Of a stretch of 64,000 bases of DNA, positions 59,666-64,000 are shown in pieces. The position numbers and the translations under genes were made by a program. Position 1 is the stretch's first letter, and each line of letters begins with the position of its first letter. The DNA comes from Marsupella aquatica (Eukaryota; Plantae; Marchantiophyta): the NCBI GenBank assembly GCA_973895155.1, contig OZ316893.1, forward strand, positions 27,848,210-27,912,209. The letters run 5' to 3'. Below the pieces are notes generated by a model. The model saw only the letters and a list, made by a program, of their open reading frames with translations, had not been told where the DNA came from and made no database searches.

Positions 59666-60136
59666 GATTAGGGTTTACATGATTTGGGGCCTAATTTGGA
59701 GGGAAGAGTGCTCAAAGAGTGTTGTGTTCCCCCTCACTCCTACTTTGTAAGGGCCGTCCGATGTAGAATGCCCTAGATCGGATGGCCAGGAGTATCTGTT
59801 GTTCCAAGACCGGGGGCGAGACGGTGTGGGGGCTGAAGCAGGACCCCAATCCACGAAGAGTGATGTTGCCAAGGAGTGGGCCTAGTGGGAAAGTTGGAAA
59901 GACTAGGAAGTTTCCTGTTGTGATGTTAGCTAATGAAACAATCTATCCCTCTAATTCCAAGAAGGACAATACTTAAGCCCAATGAATTTGTGTTGCGTGT
60001 GGTGAAGAAAGTATTTATAATACTCTCTTAATGTCTTGTAGTGAGATTTGGTTGGAATTCTTTTGGAGAACTTTGATATGTAATCTAGTATAAGGTTTCT
60101 AGTGATTTGTGTACTAAAACCCCAATGGCTTTCACA
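59666..60136 (+). mobile_element. Possible solo LTR (third family)
   Basis: Ends in TTCACA, flanked by CAGTG at 59661-59665 and 60137-60141, internal TATTTATAA. The 5' TG is not preserved. Confidence 0.4.
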
Positions 60137-60759
60137 CAGTGCCAAATACTATATGGCAATATGTTTGCTGAGTGTAATTGCCACTGAATGGCACAATAAA
60201 TAAAATGTGCATGCATTATTGAATCTTTGTGCAAGCTATTTTTTTAATAACAAATGAAGGGTACTTTAAATCCTAAAATCTGTCTTATTATAATAACATA
60301 GGTAATAGGAACAAACAAGATATATTTTAATGTTCCTCCCAAATGCAACAAGGGGCACTTGGGGGCCCTTAGGTCACAGGTTTGTCTCATTACATTTCCC
60401 TTAGTGAGGGACCAGGGTGTAAAAGGCCCCTATTTTACAGTAAACACAATATGATTCAATGTGTCATGGGGCCACTCGTTTCCGTACCCCAAAAAATAAT
60501 TGCCCGTTTGTACCCTGTTGCGGTGCTCCTGATTGTCTCATGGGCCTCCCATGAGGTGCCACTTTTTCCGTTCATGAGCGCCCTAATACATGTCAAATTC
60601 TTCCTGCCCTACATAATTACTCTTCACTTACTACACACGACCAACCACACTGATATCAGAGTACAATTAAGCCCAACTATATGGTGCACCACATAGATGT
60701 ACGAAGTGGGTTCATAGGTACACTGGGAGAGTAGGAAACACTAGCCTGATACCTATTCA

Positions 60760-61610
60760 TTGCCTCGCCTCGACATCGTTGCCTTGCCTTGATGTCTTTC
60801 CCTAGCATAAAATCTTTGGAAAGTGAATAAAGATTGCTTTACTTTTGTATGTCACTCGAGGCTAACCTTAGGGAGAGGACTAACTTGGTTCGCACTAGTA
60901 GAGAGAGAGGTCATACTCTGACGTGTCTTGGGAGCACTAGGAACTGTAGGGATGTGGGTAGTTACCATAAGATCCAAACTTACTGGGTTCTTTTTAAGGC
61001 CATTCTACAAGGGCTCTTCCTGCTCTCATGGCCTGATTAGTTTTTGTTTTTTGTTTTTTTGGGGGGAGGGGTGTTACGTCCTTCCCCATGGTGCCTTCGG
61101 TGCCTTTTGCCCTCTTGGCTTGGGTGGTAGTTGTCCCCTTGCTGCTTGTTGTGTGAAATAAATACAGAAAATTTTATTTAAAAAGAAGAAGATTGTTTTA
61201 CTTTTGTATTAATCTCTTTGACTTATTGCGTCAATATCTTTGCAATGCACATGCCTGTTTATCTCCCTTTGATTTCTTTTGCCTCACCTCGACATCTCTC
61301 CCTTGCCTCAACACCTTGCCTTGTCTCGACACCTTTGCCTTGTCTGGACATGTTTGGCTTGTCTCAATATCCTTCCCTTGCCTTGAAACCTTCCCGTAAA
61401 AATCTGGGGACAACGTGCGTATAGATTTCATCACTTTTGTATTAATCTAGTTGACTTATTTTTGCAATCCACATGCATGTTTGCCTCCCTTTGATGTATT
61501 TGCATCACCTGGACATATTTGCTTGGCTTCGACATGCTTTGACATCTTTCCCTAGCCTGGACATCCTTGCCTGGAAATGCTTCGCTCCATCGATCCTTTC
61601 CTCTCCTCAA
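60760..61610 (+). repeat. 19-bp minisatellite blocks within a higher-order repeat of about 235 bp
   Basis: cctYgacatctYYccYY units. ACTTTTGTATTAATCT..TTGACTTATT recurs at about 61200 and 61433. Confidence 0.65.
60851..61188 (+). mobile_element. 5'-truncated non-LTR retroelement insertion with 21-bp TSD
   Basis: AAGATTG(C/T)TTTACTTTTGTAT at 60830-60850 and 61189-61209 flanks a 338-bp insert ending in AATAAA and an A-rich tail. Confidence 0.8.
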
Positions 61611-62639
61611 AATCCTTCTGTGCAAAGCATCGGGCTAGTAGAGCTAGTAGGGAGAGAATATGAAACTTTTGGTGTCCGGAGAGAAACACGAGAAACGTGC
61701 TCCATGAGATCCACTAAGTATATATCTCGTTTTCACTCTATGTGGGTTGTAAAGTTTATCGTGTGCGACCTAGAAATTATGAGAGTGTATGTGGGTTCTA
61801 AAGTTTATCATGACTCGGGACGCAAAGGTTTTTAGACCCGAGGCTACTTCAGGCGGGGAACGAGCGCAGGACGGTGGTTGTATGTACAAATGGAGCGATA
61901 GAAGGGTTGTCGCTGATGGTCAGGTCGATCGAGTGATCAGAGGAAAATTGTTGAAGAGCATCTCAGCATGAAATAAATTCTAGATGAAAGGGGATCCAGG
62001 TCAAACTCGGGATTGGAGAAACAGTGGAGTACTGAGCTAATAAGTTTCTCAGCGGGAAATAATACCTAGTGATGGGGATTCCGGAGAATGAGAGAATAGT
62101 AAGTTAGGCAGACGTAAACGTAGCAACAATTCTTTCTCAGGGGGAATAAAATTATCATCTTCTTAGACCCCAATGCAAAAGGTACAAAGAACACCAAAAC
62201 GAAGAGCCCAATGGATGCAACAGTGTGTTTGTCCTGTGTCAATTTCGAGAGTAGAATGCGATGGAAGGCGGGGAGCATTCCCGTGGCACGGGGGCTGTAT
62301 TGTCTGGAACTTCTGTTGGACCACAATTCTATCGATTAAGCTAATTGTCAAGAAGTACAACCATGGTTTGGCAAGGAACATATTCGGACTTTGATTTTAG
62401 TCACAGAGATGCAAGGACCCAACGTCCCCTGGTGCGTGGGTTCTGTATTCTTTCCGCCCCAACTTCTAACTTCCGATCGTAAGCCCCCTAACATCTCCAT
62501 CCTCTATTCTTCGATTACTTCAGGATAGTGATGAAATTGCTTCATGCTGTGCTCCAAGTCAATGCCGATAAGAGATAGCCTTCTCTAAATTTCGTGGTGA
62601 GCACGTCCGAAGATTTTTCGCCGTTATGAAATCAAAGGT

Positions 62640-63760
62640 CAATTAGGATGTCTTTCGAGTTGGGATGAGAAACCCAGGTGGGTTTTCAGTATAAAATTGC
62701 TTTGCATAATAAAAAATGTCAGCTTAGGTTGCGGTTTTGTTCTCAAGAAGATGTGCTCTGGTCCTCTGATTAGACTGAAAAGGGGTTGTGCACGTGGAAA
62801 GAATACTTTTTGCGCCAAGATGAGGGAACTCAGAAACAATTTTTGATGGTGCAGTGGGACCATTGATCATCAATCCACTGGGAAAACCTCAGCGTCTGTT
62901 ATCGACTGGCCAACGGTTGGATCAATCTGAAACTGCTCTCAGCACGAGAAAGGTAACCTTTGCACCTAATCAAAGTGGTCTTAACTTTGTTTCTAAATTC
63001 CACTTTTGTTGTCAGCCTTCTGATCAGGGTGGGGCCCTCGAAAGAAGTTCTGGCCATCTCGCATCTATTACATCTGACTTGGAGTATCTCTCTTTTCTTA
63101 GCAAACCGAAAGCTTCCTCGACGGAATTAATATCCCTTTCATTCCGAGGGACCTACTTCATGGTCAGCTTGTGTCGGATTCATCTAAAAACCAGAATAGC
63201 CAGTTTTATGGTAATCTGCTCCAAGGCTTGAAGGTAAGAAATCTTCTTTCCACTTGGCAAAAAGTTATCCTTGAAGAAAGCTGCACTCAGAAATTGCATT
63301 GTCTTTTAGTTTTGGCTCTTCTTCGACTGAAGCTAATGTCTGCCTGAAACTTGTCACGTAGGGCAGTGCAGCGATGGCGGTGTTGTTGTGTTTTTCATTT
63401 GCGGGGAAGGTTCCAATCGCATTGCCAGTACTGTTCTCCATCAGGGGAGTAGTGGGAAGTGGTATTCTATACGAGCCTCCTTAAGCTCCCAGTGTTTAGA
63501 TGACTCAGAACAAACTGATTGGTCGCTCTCCCCTTCTCTGCAGTATGCAATTCAGCAGGTAACTCGAACTTGTCTAGCAAATCTTCTGGAATTTCTAATA
63601 ATGTACTCGTACTATGCCTGTACTCTGCAGCAATGTCCTTGCTTCGCCATATAGTTTCGTTGTCTCTGCAGTTCTCGGCATTAATGTTTCTCTGCTTGAT
63701 TTAGGCAAGTGTGCGGCTTGTGTCGTATGTACTCTGTTCTGAATATTGTTTTACGAACGT
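62640..63760 (-). pseudogene. Degenerate coding-like region, unidentified
   Basis: Protein-like minus-strand stretches (IKQRNINAENCRDNETIW...LLEIPEDLLDKFELPAEL) are interrupted by stops and frame changes. Confidence 0.2.
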
Positions 63761-64000
63761 TGACAAGCAAACCAAGTTTCATATAGTGTGTTGTTTAGAA
63801 TGTGAGCACAGCAAGAACCTTAACATTGAGAATAATCTGCTCAATTGTGGTATAACCTGCTCCTGAATCTTCTTAAGTATGCAGCTTTTTATCAAGCAGG
63901 TCGTTTCCTGATTTGGCATGAAATGATTGTGTGGCACTAACTTTATTAATGAACAGTTGTCAGCAGTTTGGACAGATTCCTCAGGAGGTGGGGGCACAGG

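Overview
Eukaryotic nuclear DNA from a land plant. The evidence is GT-AG/GC-AG introns, TTTAGGG telomere-type motifs and a plastid-type PPR gene; a non-seed plant such as a bryophyte is only a guess. I assembled six conserved genes by hand: cytosolic fructose-bisphosphate aldolase (-, 2 exons), cytosolic phenylalanyl-tRNA synthetase alpha subunit (-, about 18 exons, two GC-AG introns), a DG1/SOT5-like P-class PPR protein (-, 9 exons), a small UPF0390/L10K-like basic protein (+, 2 exons, split in the ORF track), COG4 (+, 2 exons) and a cis-prenyltransferase (+, 4 exons). Two ORFs are not recognisable. One is an intronless 484-aa protein with an acylation-type N-terminus, internal repeats and candidate PP1 and PP2A-B56 docking motifs. 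The other is a 193-aa ORF lying head-to-head with COG4. The window opens inside an apparently intact Ty1/copia element (LTR, Met-tRNA PBS, open gag-protease-integrase frame). Intergenic DNA holds four solo LTRs of one family (two with perfect TSDs), LINE-like 3' ends, a fold-back element, a candidate Pack-type element carrying a calmodulin-like fragment, a dispersed minisatellite, gene relics and many short tandem duplications. I recognised no CRISPR array, rRNA or intact tRNA. All calls were made by eye, without database searches.
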